Shown: in pieces, positions 1 to 9,263 of the stretch
How positions within the stretch are numbered: the stretch's first letter is position 1
Layout of the letters: each line of letters begins with the position of its first letter
Origin: a virus
Length of the DNA stretch: 64,000 bases
Virus record (IMG/VR): IMGVR_UViG_3300006920_000040
Span: 6,190-70,189 of that record
Reading direction: 5' to 3' (one strand)
The notes under the pieces: model-generated
Database searches by the model: none
Seen by the model: only the letters and a program-made list of their open reading frames with translations
What the model was told of the DNA's origin: nothing
Translations under genes and position numbers: made by a program

Positions 1-774
1 CTGATTAAGAATAATCTAGGCGGGTTTAGAATTTTCTCCCCCATCCTAATGATATATGATTTCTTCACATCGGCAATCGGACAAGAGGTTGCCGCCAAAA
101 CGGGATCAGCTATAGGGGTTGCATTAGAATGGATATGGGAGTCCATAGTGAAATTGATCACGAATATCGGGACATACATCGGCGAACTGGGAGCGAGTAT
201 CGTTAACAGCATTTGGTTTAGAAAAGTAAAAAATAAACTAGGTCTAGCCGCTGTTAATTTAACCAAAAGTATAGTATCAACCTTTAGTTGGGTTATTGAT
301 ATTATGGGGTGGTTGTCGAGTAAGATGTTCGGCATAATTGATAACTATGCTGTTAAGAAGTTGGTTGGTGTTTTTAGTGACGATGGAGTGGCTGCAATCG
401 AAGCTACCGCAAAAACGTTGAAGAACCAAAACGCAGACACTATGATCAAATCACTGGAAGGTCTGAAGCTTAAATACACTGCCGAGGCGGAGTCCTTAAA
501 CAAAGAGGGTCGAAAGGCGGATAAGATACGGGAGGAGAAAAGAGCTAAAGCGGAGGAGAAGCGTCATAAGGAGAAATTAGAGCGAGATCAACGAAATGCC
601 GACAAAATTACCGATGCTGTAACTAACGGTTCGGCGTTAGTTGCTACAACTATTGGTGGTAATGATTCTGCCGAAAGGGAGGTTATCGTCATCAAAGATA
701 CTGATGGAAATGCAGCAACCCGAAGACTTCGAGATCTACACTGGGGAAAAACCTACGGAGCGCCTTCTAGGTAG
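1..774 (+). CDS. C-terminal part of a long helical virion protein (tape-measure/hub-like), 5' partial
   Basis: Frame is open from base 1. Amphipathic W/I/G-rich helical repeats are followed by a charged coiled coil, next to baseplate genes. Confidence 0.45.
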   Translation: MIKNNLGGFRIFSPILMIYDFFTSAIGQEVAAKTGSAIGVALEWIWESIVKLITNIGTYIGELGASIVNSIWFRKVKNKLGLAAVNLTKSIVSTFSWVIDIMGWLSSKMFGIIDNYAVKKLVGVFSDDGVAAIEATAKTLKNQNADTMIKSLEGLKLKYTAEAESLNKEGRKADKIREEKRAKAEEKRHKEKLERDQRNADKITDAVTNGSALVATTIGGNDSAEREVIVIKDTDGNAATRRLRDLHWGKTYGAPSR

Positions 775-778
775 AGTA

Positions 779-2698
779 TTAATCACCCTTGACATCTGTA
801 GGTTTACGGAATCTATAGAATTTAACACCCGTCACATCGTTAGTGTATACTCCACCAGATAGGTCTATTTCATGCTTAATCTCCATCGCCCACCAAACCC
901 CAAGGAGTCGGTTTAATGTTTCATCTTTTGGATCAGTTCCACCGTCAATATCTACACTAAAGAACCTCCCACTTTGCCTATATGATTGCCCTGTGGTTTG
1001 GAAATTCAGGAGATCGTTCATAAATATCATATTTCCAATCAAGCGATTCCGCCCCAAGGCTATAGCCGCAGTATAAGTTGGAATAGGCGTTTGGGTTCGT
1101 ATCTTTGGCCTTTGTTGATCTAACACAACACCTGAATTTGAAGTATTATCCACATTTAATTTCCCCAAACCCCTTTCGGCGTTACTATCATCAGTGAAGA
1201 ATGGTATGTATAATTCTGATATGAACTTTTTACAGAATTCCACACTTCCATCAACGTCAAATATCTGTGTTTTAAAGCCCGAACTATGATGTTCGACCAC
1301 ATGAGGTACAATGAATTTGAGGGAATCTAGAGGTTCAATTGGGTCATAGACAAATTGGGTGATGGGTTGCTCGCTACTCTTTATTTTATTTTCGTTTCCG
1401 CAAAATAAAGACTGAACAGAAAACCCCTTAGTCTTCCCCACCATCATATTGAGGAATGGTTCTTCGTTTTTCAATGAAAAACGATCCATATACTCTTCTC
1501 CTAAAGACGACCCATCAATTTTGCCGAAATTAGAAAACCACGAATACAGTGGTCGGAGTGTCATTTTGGAAAATCCAGTCTCGGTTTCCGGTCGAGAGTA
1601 ATGGAAGAAACACTGCTCCGAATTTAACTTGGACAGGGCACCAACAATATCCAGCGACTTAGAGTCACCATGATCCAGTGCTGATACATGAACGTCATGA
1701 AACTTATTCACAATGTCCCTAGTGTTACCGGAACCATCCAGAGCAGAAAAGTATATGCTGGTGTCGGACCCAAAATCCCACATATCAGTGGGGTCTCTAT
1801 CTGACCTTTTTACATCATAGGTTTTACCCTTCCTAACCCAAGTCTTCTTCTTGCCCTTCAATTCCGACTCATCGACAATATAACCCTTCCCATCGAAACC
1901 AATTTTTGGCAAAAACTCCAAACACTTAAATCCGGTGAGTCCTTGGAAATACCAAAGAGCGGAGTAATGTAACCAATACAATGCCTCTCCGGTTTTTGAT
2001 GCAAGAACCTTATTCTTGTCGAATGGCTTCTCTGTTGGATAGTCGGGTGCATTGGCAGATTTAACTGCAAGATCAGCTAACCCCTTACGAGCTACCTCGA
2101 AATCGTCAGGGTTCGTTGGGAAGAACTCTTCGATTTTACCAACACCAATACCCGCCGTAATAACGTCAGGTATCCGGTAGTTGGTTAGGACATTACTGAT
2201 AATATCTTCAAACTCGATACGGAATGCGTTATCAGCAAGAACACTATCCTTATTTTGAATTTTAGTTATGACGAATGAATTCTGGATAACCCAGTCCCCT
2301 GTTGGGAACTCGTCCTCCATACCCTCATCACTCAGAGGTGAGAATTTTATATGTATCATTTCGACACCAGTCCCCCTAAAAGTAAATGATGGGCCTTTAT
2401 CCTCGAATTCGGAATCTATACAGTCCTCACCAACCATCATCTTTATCTTATCAAAGAACCTACCAATACTAAAATTAGGATCTCTATATACCAATGATCC
2501 GGTTATAGAACTATCTCTAAAAGAATCCACTATCGAAACATCCTCAATATACGGGGTGGGGATGGCCAACACTCGGTCACCATTATCCAAAAATGCTGAG
2601 AATAGGTATTTCTGCCCGTTTAAAGAAACTATATTCTCGTCCCCATCATTAGAACTCACTGTGGATACTTTCGGGAATTGGTTATAATTAAATGCCAT
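779..2698 (-). CDS. Baseplate hub protein (T4 gp27/GPD-like)
   Basis: 639 aa. The C-terminal pattern G..YRQSGRF...LLGVWWAMEIKHEI...YTNDV.GVK is typical of hub/tail-D proteins. Confidence 0.6.
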   Translation of the reverse strand: MAFNYNQFPKVSTVSSNDGDENIVSLNGQKYLFSAFLDNGDRVLAIPTPYIEDVSIVDSFRDSSITGSLVYRDPNFSIGRFFDKIKMMVGEDCIDSEFEDKGPSFTFRGTGVEMIHIKFSPLSDEGMEDEFPTGDWVIQNSFVITKIQNKDSVLADNAFRIEFEDIISNVLTNYRIPDVITAGIGVGKIEEFFPTNPDDFEVARKGLADLAVKSANAPDYPTEKPFDKNKVLASKTGEALYWLHYSALWYFQGLTGFKCLEFLPKIGFDGKGYIVDESELKGKKKTWVRKGKTYDVKRSDRDPTDMWDFGSDTSIYFSALDGSGNTRDIVNKFHDVHVSALDHGDSKSLDIVGALSKLNSEQCFFHYSRPETETGFSKMTLRPLYSWFSNFGKIDGSSLGEEYMDRFSLKNEEPFLNMMVGKTKGFSVQSLFCGNENKIKSSEQPITQFVYDPIEPLDSLKFIVPHVVEHHSSGFKTQIFDVDGSVEFCKKFISELYIPFFTDDSNAERGLGKLNVDNTSNSGVVLDQQRPKIRTQTPIPTYTAAIALGRNRLIGNMIFMNDLLNFQTTGQSYRQSGRFFSVDIDGGTDPKDETLNRLLGVWWAMEIKHEIDLSGGVYTNDVTGVKFYRFRKPTDVKGD

Positions 2699-2701
2699 GA
2701 T

Positions 2702-5569
2702 TTATTCCTGTTCTATTTTAAAACATTGGATCTTATTGACCCCAATGAATTCGGGTTTGAATACGCCAAGTTCGTCTTTCGTCCTAAACGTGATGGGGTC
2801 TTCGGAGTATTTAAGGGTGGCATTCGGGCCATTTAAATAGTAACTCCACGGTGTGGTTGCCTGAGTATATTCGATATAGTTATTTTCCTCGTTTGTTGAA
2901 ACGAGGAAATCCTGTGACCAGACGAACGATTCTGATGTAGATACGAACAAGTCGGTGGTATCACCGCAATCTAGAGGGGTACGCAACACCATAGTGGAGT
3001 CGGTATCCGTCTCGGTAACCACACCTATATATGACTCGCAGTTGTTCTCTTTCAAGAAACAAGAATCTGGAGATTCGTTAAAAACCAACTCACAAGTTCC
3101 ACACCCCACGATCTTCCTTAAAAGATTTGGGCTTTTGAATCCAAAATCAAGAACCTTCCAAGTATCCGGTTTCTGGAAATCAACAGTGAACGTCAAATTC
3201 TCGCTCCAAATAAAGGGTTCACATGCATTACGGTTATAATTCACGTAATCATCGGATTTCAATATTATTGGACTCGGCTTAGGTTGTGTGGTTAGTAGGT
3301 AGTCGTTGACTTCAAACGCACTCAATCCCGTCCCCAGAGAGCCTACTGTTGGCGTTTCCGCCCAATAGGGCTTAGGTGCATCAAATTTGAGATTAAGCGA
3401 GTAGGCAGGCATATAGGACGTTCTATCGTGGGGTTGTTTATCCTTATACTGGGTGAAGCCGATACTCTTAACTCGATCATACTCATAATACTGACCAGAT
3501 TGGAGCAACATATCACTCGGCTCACCCGTGGTGGACCAAACCCCATCATCACCCTGAATCATTTTAATCCATTGTGGTGTATCGACATAAGAACTACCTC
3601 TATCAAAACAATGACAGTTATTAATGACGAAGCAAGGGGGTTTATTGTCACTACATCCGCCGAACGAAGCTCTCCTATAAACGTAACCCTTACCTTGTTC
3701 TAGAACTAAATCCTTACCAGTTAAAGTCTGCCAAAATCCAATACCATAACCCAAATCAGGCTCAACACCAGAGTGTTTAAATACTGCAAATTTGTCACTG
3801 GCTCTATAGTCATTACCTTCATCATCAACCCATGTGGTGAAAGAAAATGGCTCTGGACCCACGTCTAGATAGACAATGTCGGAATATTCTTTGATATTGT
3901 CAAATCCGGATAGTCCCAGATTACCATTACCTATGGGTGAGTAGTAGACAGCCTTACAGTTGCAATGCTCCCATTGATTTGTTTCCTCACCCACGATAGG
4001 CGTAAGCACCGATGAGTATTTATCAATTTTCAGATACTCACAATGCTCATCATGATCATACCCATTGATAACTTCGTTCAGATTTAGCTCAGGGTAGTCC
4101 CAGAAGAAATGATTACTTTCGCCGGATGCTGCAACAAATCTAACACCCGTTTGTCTAGAAGCTCCCGAAAATTCCTTAACGACAGGAAGGACACCGTTGT
4201 ATAAGGTCGATACATTTTCACTTGTAAGCGACCCCTCATCATAAAAGGATAAGATATTAAATCCGTTTGAACTCAATGAGTAAGCCTTCTCATCTTCCAC
4301 AACACCCGAGCCACTGATAGTGGTTCTCACTACAGTGACCACATCATCCTCCTTCAATATCTCGAAAGAATCATTGACCGGATCAGGCGAAGCGTAGTCT
4401 TCAATTAAGAGCAACTCTACACTGTCGGAGATAACCCCACCTGCGCTTACATAAGATCCGCCCACCGACAGGTAACCGGCACTTAAAGAGAAATCATATT
4501 CATCTATAAATATCGAAACACCCGCACTGAGGTATATATCTTTTGCCTGAGTGCCAATATCTATGCCCTCCAACCAAGCACCTTCAATCTGACTCCCACA
4601 GAAGCCATTATTCTTATAAAGCCTATCGGCAGTTTCGGGGGCAGTTCCCGCCACAGCACCACACATCTCCTTAGTGAGATTAACTGAAGCCAAGCTCCGG
4701 TCTTCCACCTGATCCCGTGGTATATTGAATGGAAATGTCTTGGCGGCATCGTCGTATCTAAACAGGGGGAAGTATATCTGATTCAACCCACACATTACCG
4801 GTATTTCGGTGTGACTAAAATCGTAAAGAAACGCAACTTCATAATCGACAGAATCTCGGGTATCTCTAACCTCTATCTGGTCGGCTTTGAATATATTGGC
4901 ATGTGCATATGCACCACTCTCAACCAAATTACTCTGGTTGAGGGGTATATCGTTGGATGATGATAGAGTGTTGTTAGTGGACCAGTAAGACGATTCGATG
5001 TCATCTTGGTATTGTTTTTGGGTTTCGGTCAAAAACACCGGCAAATCGGTATTATCGATAGATGGACCCGACCACCCAAAAACGTTTGAACTCAAACCTT
5101 TGTTGATGAATGGGTATCTAAACTCGTTATTACCTACATCTAGCTTCATTCTAGCTTCATCCAACACGATCTCTTCATCAAACCTCTTATAGAACGCGCC
5201 CTCTAAAGTGTTATCCACAAATTGCCACACTATGTCCGAGTTGTTCATATTACTACCCGCAGTTTTACCAATATTACTGGATGATAGCGGGATTGATAGA
5301 GACTCCCCTTCATTCTCCATGAAGGGGTTGAAGAAGTTATCACCAGACTCTATCTGGTTGGTGATCGTAGTTGTGGTATTTTCACCAACATCACCATCCA
5401 AGACATACAGGTCCTCTCCTAGGTATTTGTTGGTATCTTTGTAGAGGTCGCTCACATCCCCCGTCTTATCGAAGGGGTTCAAATAACTGCTAAGAGAATC
5501 CGACGTGGGCGCATTGTCATCTAGTTCTTCATTTTCTGAAGAAATCGTTAAGTTTACTGTATCCGCCAC
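2702..5569 (-). CDS. Large virion structural protein (baseplate/tail associated)
   Basis: 955 aa acidic, beta-rich ORF with GTG start. Late-type TAATTA box 5 nt upstream; coupled to the hub gene. Confidence 0.5.
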   Translation of the reverse strand: MADTVNLTISSENEELDDNAPTSDSLSSYLNPFDKTGDVSDLYKDTNKYLGEDLYVLDGDVGENTTTTITNQIESGDNFFNPFMENEGESLSIPLSSSNIGKTAGSNMNNSDIVWQFVDNTLEGAFYKRFDEEIVLDEARMKLDVGNNEFRYPFINKGLSSNVFGWSGPSIDNTDLPVFLTETQKQYQDDIESSYWSTNNTLSSSNDIPLNQSNLVESGAYAHANIFKADQIEVRDTRDSVDYEVAFLYDFSHTEIPVMCGLNQIYFPLFRYDDAAKTFPFNIPRDQVEDRSLASVNLTKEMCGAVAGTAPETADRLYKNNGFCGSQIEGAWLEGIDIGTQAKDIYLSAGVSIFIDEYDFSLSAGYLSVGGSYVSAGGVISDSVELLLIEDYASPDPVNDSFEILKEDDVVTVVRTTISGSGVVEDEKAYSLSSNGFNILSFYDEGSLTSENVSTLYNGVLPVVKEFSGASRQTGVRFVAASGESNHFFWDYPELNLNEVINGYDHDEHCEYLKIDKYSSVLTPIVGEETNQWEHCNCKAVYYSPIGNGNLGLSGFDNIKEYSDIVYLDVGPEPFSFTTWVDDEGNDYRASDKFAVFKHSGVEPDLGYGIGFWQTLTGKDLVLEQGKGYVYRRASFGGCSDNKPPCFVINNCHCFDRGSSYVDTPQWIKMIQGDDGVWSTTGEPSDMLLQSGQYYEYDRVKSIGFTQYKDKQPHDRTSYMPAYSLNLKFDAPKPYWAETPTVGSLGTGLSAFEVNDYLLTTQPKPSPIILKSDDYVNYNRNACEPFIWSENLTFTVDFQKPDTWKVLDFGFKSPNLLRKIVGCGTCELVFNESPDSCFLKENNCESYIGVVTETDTDSTMVLRTPLDCGDTTDLFVSTSESFVWSQDFLVSTNEENNYIEYTQATTPWSYYLNGPNATLKYSEDPITFRTKDELGVFKPEFIGVNKIQCFKIEQE

Positions 5570-5593
5570 ACCATTAATTATTAACGAATAATT

Positions 5594-5725
5594 TTAAATC
5601 AATCCCTCGATGACCTCGATGACGCTTTCCACCTCGCTTATTTGGTATTCATCACCGCCGTCGATTAGCATTGATTTGTAATCCTGCAAAATACCGTGTA
5701 GTTTCTCTAGAAGGTTGTCGTCCAT
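5594..5725 (-). CDS. Small hypothetical protein (43 aa, MDDNLLEKLHG...)
   Basis: Read manually; fills the gap between genes on the same strand. Confidence 0.4.
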   Translation of the reverse strand: MDDNLLEKLHGILQDYKSMLIDGGDEYQISEVESVIEVIEGLI

Positions 5726-5765
5726 AATAATCTAAGTTATGAAACTTATTTATGAATTCAACCGG

Positions 5766-6602
5766 TCATTTACTAAATTTAGAATTCATAAGATCGTTAC
5801 ATCTAACCAATTCCTCAAAAATCTCTCGCGGCCTATAGAATTGTTTCAGTTTACTGATGTCCAAAATATTATTGACCAGACATAGTCTCTGGTCTGTTTG
5901 TAGCTCCGTTCCGGTTATGGGTGGTTTCGGTGGGCATGACAGCGCACCCGCAATCTCACCGATAGTCGCATAACCCTCCTGTGCCACATTGAAGATACCA
6001 ATTTGCTCGTATTCCAACAGGGCCACCACCGACTCCACCACGGTATCCACCGAAGAGTATGAGTTAATTTCATTCAGGTGTTTCTCGAATTCCGGAATTT
6101 TACATAGAAGATTTTTGGGATCTATAAAACCTCCAAAAAATAGCCTCGGGCGAACAATAAGGTCTCGGTTGTGATTACATCCATTCTCCCCGAATATTTT
6201 AGATACGGTGTAGTGGCAATGAGTAGATAGATGGTCATCCTCCCTATTTGGTCTTGAGTTTTGGTCATACAGGCAACCTGTGGAAATATGGACGAATTTC
6301 TTATCAAAGTGCTCACAGCAACTAGAAAGATATTCGGGTAGAGTTGAGTTCCCAAAACGGACAGCCTCCCAGTTGGATAGATCCTCACAGTATCGAGTAT
6401 CAGAAATGCCGATGCAATTAATAACCGTATCGTAGGTGTCGTCCGCTAGGTATTTTTCGGAAAATTTTTCGAACGCATATTCATCATCAGGGTCAAACTC
6501 GAAATCTGAGCGACCAACTACGGCAAATCCGTTTTCCTTGAAGGCTTTACCCAGAAAGCCCGACCCCAAAACGAGGACCTTGTCTTTAATTAACTTTAAC
6601 AT
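5766..6602 (-). CDS. RmlD-like dTDP-4-dehydrorhamnose reductase / NDP-sugar epimerase-reductase
   Basis: VLVLGSGFLG Rossmann motif, HISTGCLY, and YTVSK (YxxxK). Confidence 0.8.
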   Translation of the reverse strand: MLKLIKDKVLVLGSGFLGKAFKENGFAVVGRSDFEFDPDDEYAFEKFSEKYLADDTYDTVINCIGISDTRYCEDLSNWEAVRFGNSTLPEYLSSCCEHFDKKFVHISTGCLYDQNSRPNREDDHLSTHCHYTVSKIFGENGCNHNRDLIVRPRLFFGGFIDPKNLLCKIPEFEKHLNEINSYSSVDTVVESVVALLEYEQIGIFNVAQEGYATIGEIAGALSCPPKPPITGTELQTDQRLCLVNNILDISKLKQFYRPREIFEELVRCNDLMNSKFSK

Positions 6603-6939
6603 AGAGTGATACGATTGAGTCTAAAAATTTATGATTCGAGAATGGCGAAACGTCCTCGATTTTGAACTCACTTCTGAATGGTTTATTTAGCGTTCCAATC
6701 CGGTAGTCCATATACACCTCGGATGTTTCCCCATAATCGTCGTCATGTGACTCCAAACCAAAAGGATATAGTAATTTGAAGATATCTTCCTTGGCGGGTG
6801 TCTCCAAATTAATTTCCGCGAAAAATGGGTTACATTTGTGGTTCACTAACACACCCTCTTTAATCACTTTACCTTTATGTTCAAGGAAAATATATTTATG
6901 CCCAAGTTTTGATAGTATTTTATTGAAAGATTCTAACAC
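6586..6939 (-). CDS. Hypothetical phage protein
   Basis: 117 aa ORF overlapping the next gene; TAAATA box upstream. Confidence 0.6.
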   Translation of the reverse strand: MLESFNKILSKLGHKYIFLEHKGKVIKEGVLVNHKCNPFFAEINLETPAKEDIFKLLYPFGLESHDDDYGETSEVYMDYRIGTLNKPFRSEFKIEDVSPFSNHKFLDSIVSLYVKVN

Positions 6940-6980
6940 GATGGCATTATTTAATACCGTATTTTAGTTTTGCAAACTTT

Positions 6981-7511
6981 TTAAAGACAAATTTCTCCTG
7001 TCGATATAATTGGTAGCAATAGGACTTCTTTTCGTGGCGTTACACAGTCTTCCAAATCGTTATTTTCACAGTAGGTGTTGGTTGCGCCCACATTATCCCC
7101 GAGTTTGGTAGCACCAGCAACATCACGCCCTTGCCATAGAGCAACATCTGTGATGTTACCCGACCCCAAATCCGACCCAACGATGGACACACCCCTGAGG
7201 TCGGGGACTCGGAATGTATCAAGAGCACCCTTACCGTGTCGGTATTTGATGGCAGAGAATAGAACTGGATACGTGGTGGTTTCGTAATAGGAGCCATCAC
7301 ATAGAATGTAATTTTTGGGAATGGTATCCAGACCACCCGCATACCAATGCGGGATACCTGCGGGTGTGACCGAATTAAGTAAAGCTCTTTCGATAACGGC
7401 CAAATTATAAGCATTCAATAGGACTTGGTCACCCACACATGTATTATCCGAAGGTTGTTCAACCAATGGACAGTCAAGTGGTGATAATGTGCTAAAATCA
7501 ATAACGCTCAT
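6981..7511 (-). CDS. Tail collar domain protein
   Basis: Collar signature IPKNYILCDGSYY...YPVLFSAI...TFRVPDLRG. Confidence 0.85.
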   Translation of the reverse strand: MSVIDFSTLSPLDCPLVEQPSDNTCVGDQVLLNAYNLAVIERALLNSVTPAGIPHWYAGGLDTIPKNYILCDGSYYETTTYPVLFSAIKYRHGKGALDTFRVPDLRGVSIVGSDLGSGNITDVALWQGRDVAGATKLGDNVGATNTYCENNDLEDCVTPRKEVLLLPIISTGEICL

Positions 7512-7521
7512 AATTTAGGTA

Positions 7522-7971
7522 TTAACGTCTACCCATGTTGGTTTCTGCTCCTTGGTATTTTTGGGAGGTGGAGGGAAGAGGTGGTGGTGACGCGGGTGGC
7601 GTTGGTACGGTCTTTTCACCTTGATACCTATCGGTATCGGGGCTTGTGTTATCGGAAATCCGATTAATGAGCGTATTAAAATTACTCTTGAATTGTTTTT
7701 GGTAATAATCCATCAACTCACCCTTTTCGGGGGCGTCTTTGGGGATTAGTTTGTCGAGATCTTTGTAAATTTCGTCATACTTATTATTCAAGTAATCGAC
7801 CAGTTGCTTCTCCCTAACATTGGTTAGATCTCTAGAGTCACCGGAAGCAACTGCTTTTAGGTTACCCAAACGGGTCCTACCTGCGTTAAGTCTGGCTTTT
7901 GCTCTATCAAGAACACCCTCCGTAAATAACACTTCTAGTTTATCACTCTCTGTTGACCATGCTTCACTCAT
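7522..7971 (-). CDS. Late hypothetical protein, possibly head-associated
   Basis: 149 aa; TAAATA box 5 nt before ATG; LFTE-G possible gp21-type cleavage site. Confidence 0.5.
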   Translation of the reverse strand: MSEAWSTESDKLEVLFTEGVLDRAKARLNAGRTRLGNLKAVASGDSRDLTNVREKQLVDYLNNKYDEIYKDLDKLIPKDAPEKGELMDYYQKQFKSNFNTLINRISDNTSPDTDRYQGEKTVPTPPASPPPLPSTSQKYQGAETNMGRR

Positions 7972-7975
7972 AAGT

Positions 7976-8194
7976 CTATTTATGGTCTTTTAACAACTTA
8001 TCTATAACTTTGGTTTCGGCGAAAGTTGGTTGGGATTTGCCCAGTATGAATCCAATGAATGCAAACGCCACGGTCTGGAACCATTCCAGCGGAACTATCC
8101 CTATAAAAAATCCCACAATTATCGCAAGAACGAAGAGGAGGGTAGCAATCCCGCGAACCCAAGAGGGATCTAGCTTTTTGATAAACTCACTCAT
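7976..8194 (-). CDS. Small two-TM membrane protein, holin-like
   Basis: Start reassigned to ATG 8194 (MSEFIKK). Two hydrophobic segments, charged C-terminus, late box. Confidence 0.5.
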   Translation of the reverse strand: MSEFIKKLDPSWVRGIATLLFVLAIIVGFFIGIVPLEWFQTVAFAFIGFILGKSQPTFAETKVIDKLLKDHK

Positions 8195-8199
8195 GGTAT

Positions 8200-8205
8200 T
8201 AATTA
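8200..8205. promoter_or_regulatory. Palindromic late-promoter box TAATTA shared by two divergent genes
   Basis: CAT-ggtat-TAATTA-gatgt-ATG: exactly 5 nt to each start codon. Confidence 0.7.
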
Positions 8206-8210
8206 GATGT

Positions 8211-9152
8211 ATGAGTCGACCATTTCCCAATTTAACCCAAACCGATGGGGGGTTTATTCGTAGGAATATTAACGCACCCATCGAGAACTTCCTCTCGTTC
8301 TTCAACAACGAAGAGGGTTCCTTTGCTTCGGGTTCCTTCGAGTATACAAACGGGTATGACCCTAGGGGTAATGGACCACCTGATTACATAAATCGACCAT
8401 TTATCCACTATTACAACACTTTATGTGACTTTTGTTACGCTTTACCACATGCACCGAAATGGGCGGTTTTTATCGAACCCCACAGCGAGGGGCATTTGCT
8501 CAATGAATTGGGGAAAATGAGGCAATATGAGCCGAGTTCATCGTCCGAAGATTGGAATGTCCAGAGACCAGCAGAATACTTAATGCGGGATGACGCCCAA
8601 AAGGTCATTGGCTGTATTTTTGCACTGTCGGTCACTGAGGCGGGTGGTAGTGTTGGTATCGGGCAATATGGAGGTGCAATGGGCGCTAACAATGGATTTT
8701 TGAAAGCACCCGTAACCCAAGGCAGATCCGACAATGAACCACTGGAGATCACTTTCAAAGAGACCAATTGTTCTTATGTGGACTTTGTTTTAAATCCATG
8801 GATGAAACTAATTGGGCATAAAGGTCTGGTGGCAAGGCCGAAAACCGAATCCCTGAAGGCGGATATTCGAATTTTTGAATTAGCACCAACTTTCGCAAAG
8901 CAATCTCCAATCGTCCGGAAAGTCTACCATTACCATGATTGCGCACCCATATCGGTCCCCATCGAGAGTCTGAATTATGAGGCAGATCGGGTTATTCAGA
9001 AACAAGTCCAGTTTATCTACAACCACTATACCATTCAAGACGGAAGTGGGTTCGGCGCTGATAATGCTTTCGAAGCAGGTCGGGAGGATAATGCAAACTG
9101 GGTCATTGGACAGGAGCATGTCTATGGTGAAGTGGACCCCAATGGAAAATAA
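8211..9152 (+). CDS. Tail tube / tube-initiator protein (T4 gp19/gp54-like)
   Basis: Tube-fold pattern LEITFKETN...PWM...RKVYHYHDCAPISV...VQFIYNHY. Start reassigned to ATG 8211. Confidence 0.6.
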   Translation: MSRPFPNLTQTDGGFIRRNINAPIENFLSFFNNEEGSFASGSFEYTNGYDPRGNGPPDYINRPFIHYYNTLCDFCYALPHAPKWAVFIEPHSEGHLLNELGKMRQYEPSSSSEDWNVQRPAEYLMRDDAQKVIGCIFALSVTEAGGSVGIGQYGGAMGANNGFLKAPVTQGRSDNEPLEITFKETNCSYVDFVLNPWMKLIGHKGLVARPKTESLKADIRIFELAPTFAKQSPIVRKVYHYHDCAPISVPIESLNYEADRVIQKQVQFIYNHYTIQDGSGFGADNAFEAGREDNANWVIGQEHVYGEVDPNGK

Positions 9153-9263
9153 ACGGATTTTCTTCTCGACTTCCTGTAGTTTTATAGGCGAATTATCCGG
9201 AATATTTTTAGACGATAAAACTTGCAATAGGTGCCGTGGTGTGGTAATAATTAACACCTACCT

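Noticed and set aside
7976-8308. Long overlap between the ORF-track genes 8010-9152 and 7976-8308
   Set aside because: Disappears when starts are placed at 8211 and 8194 around the shared box.
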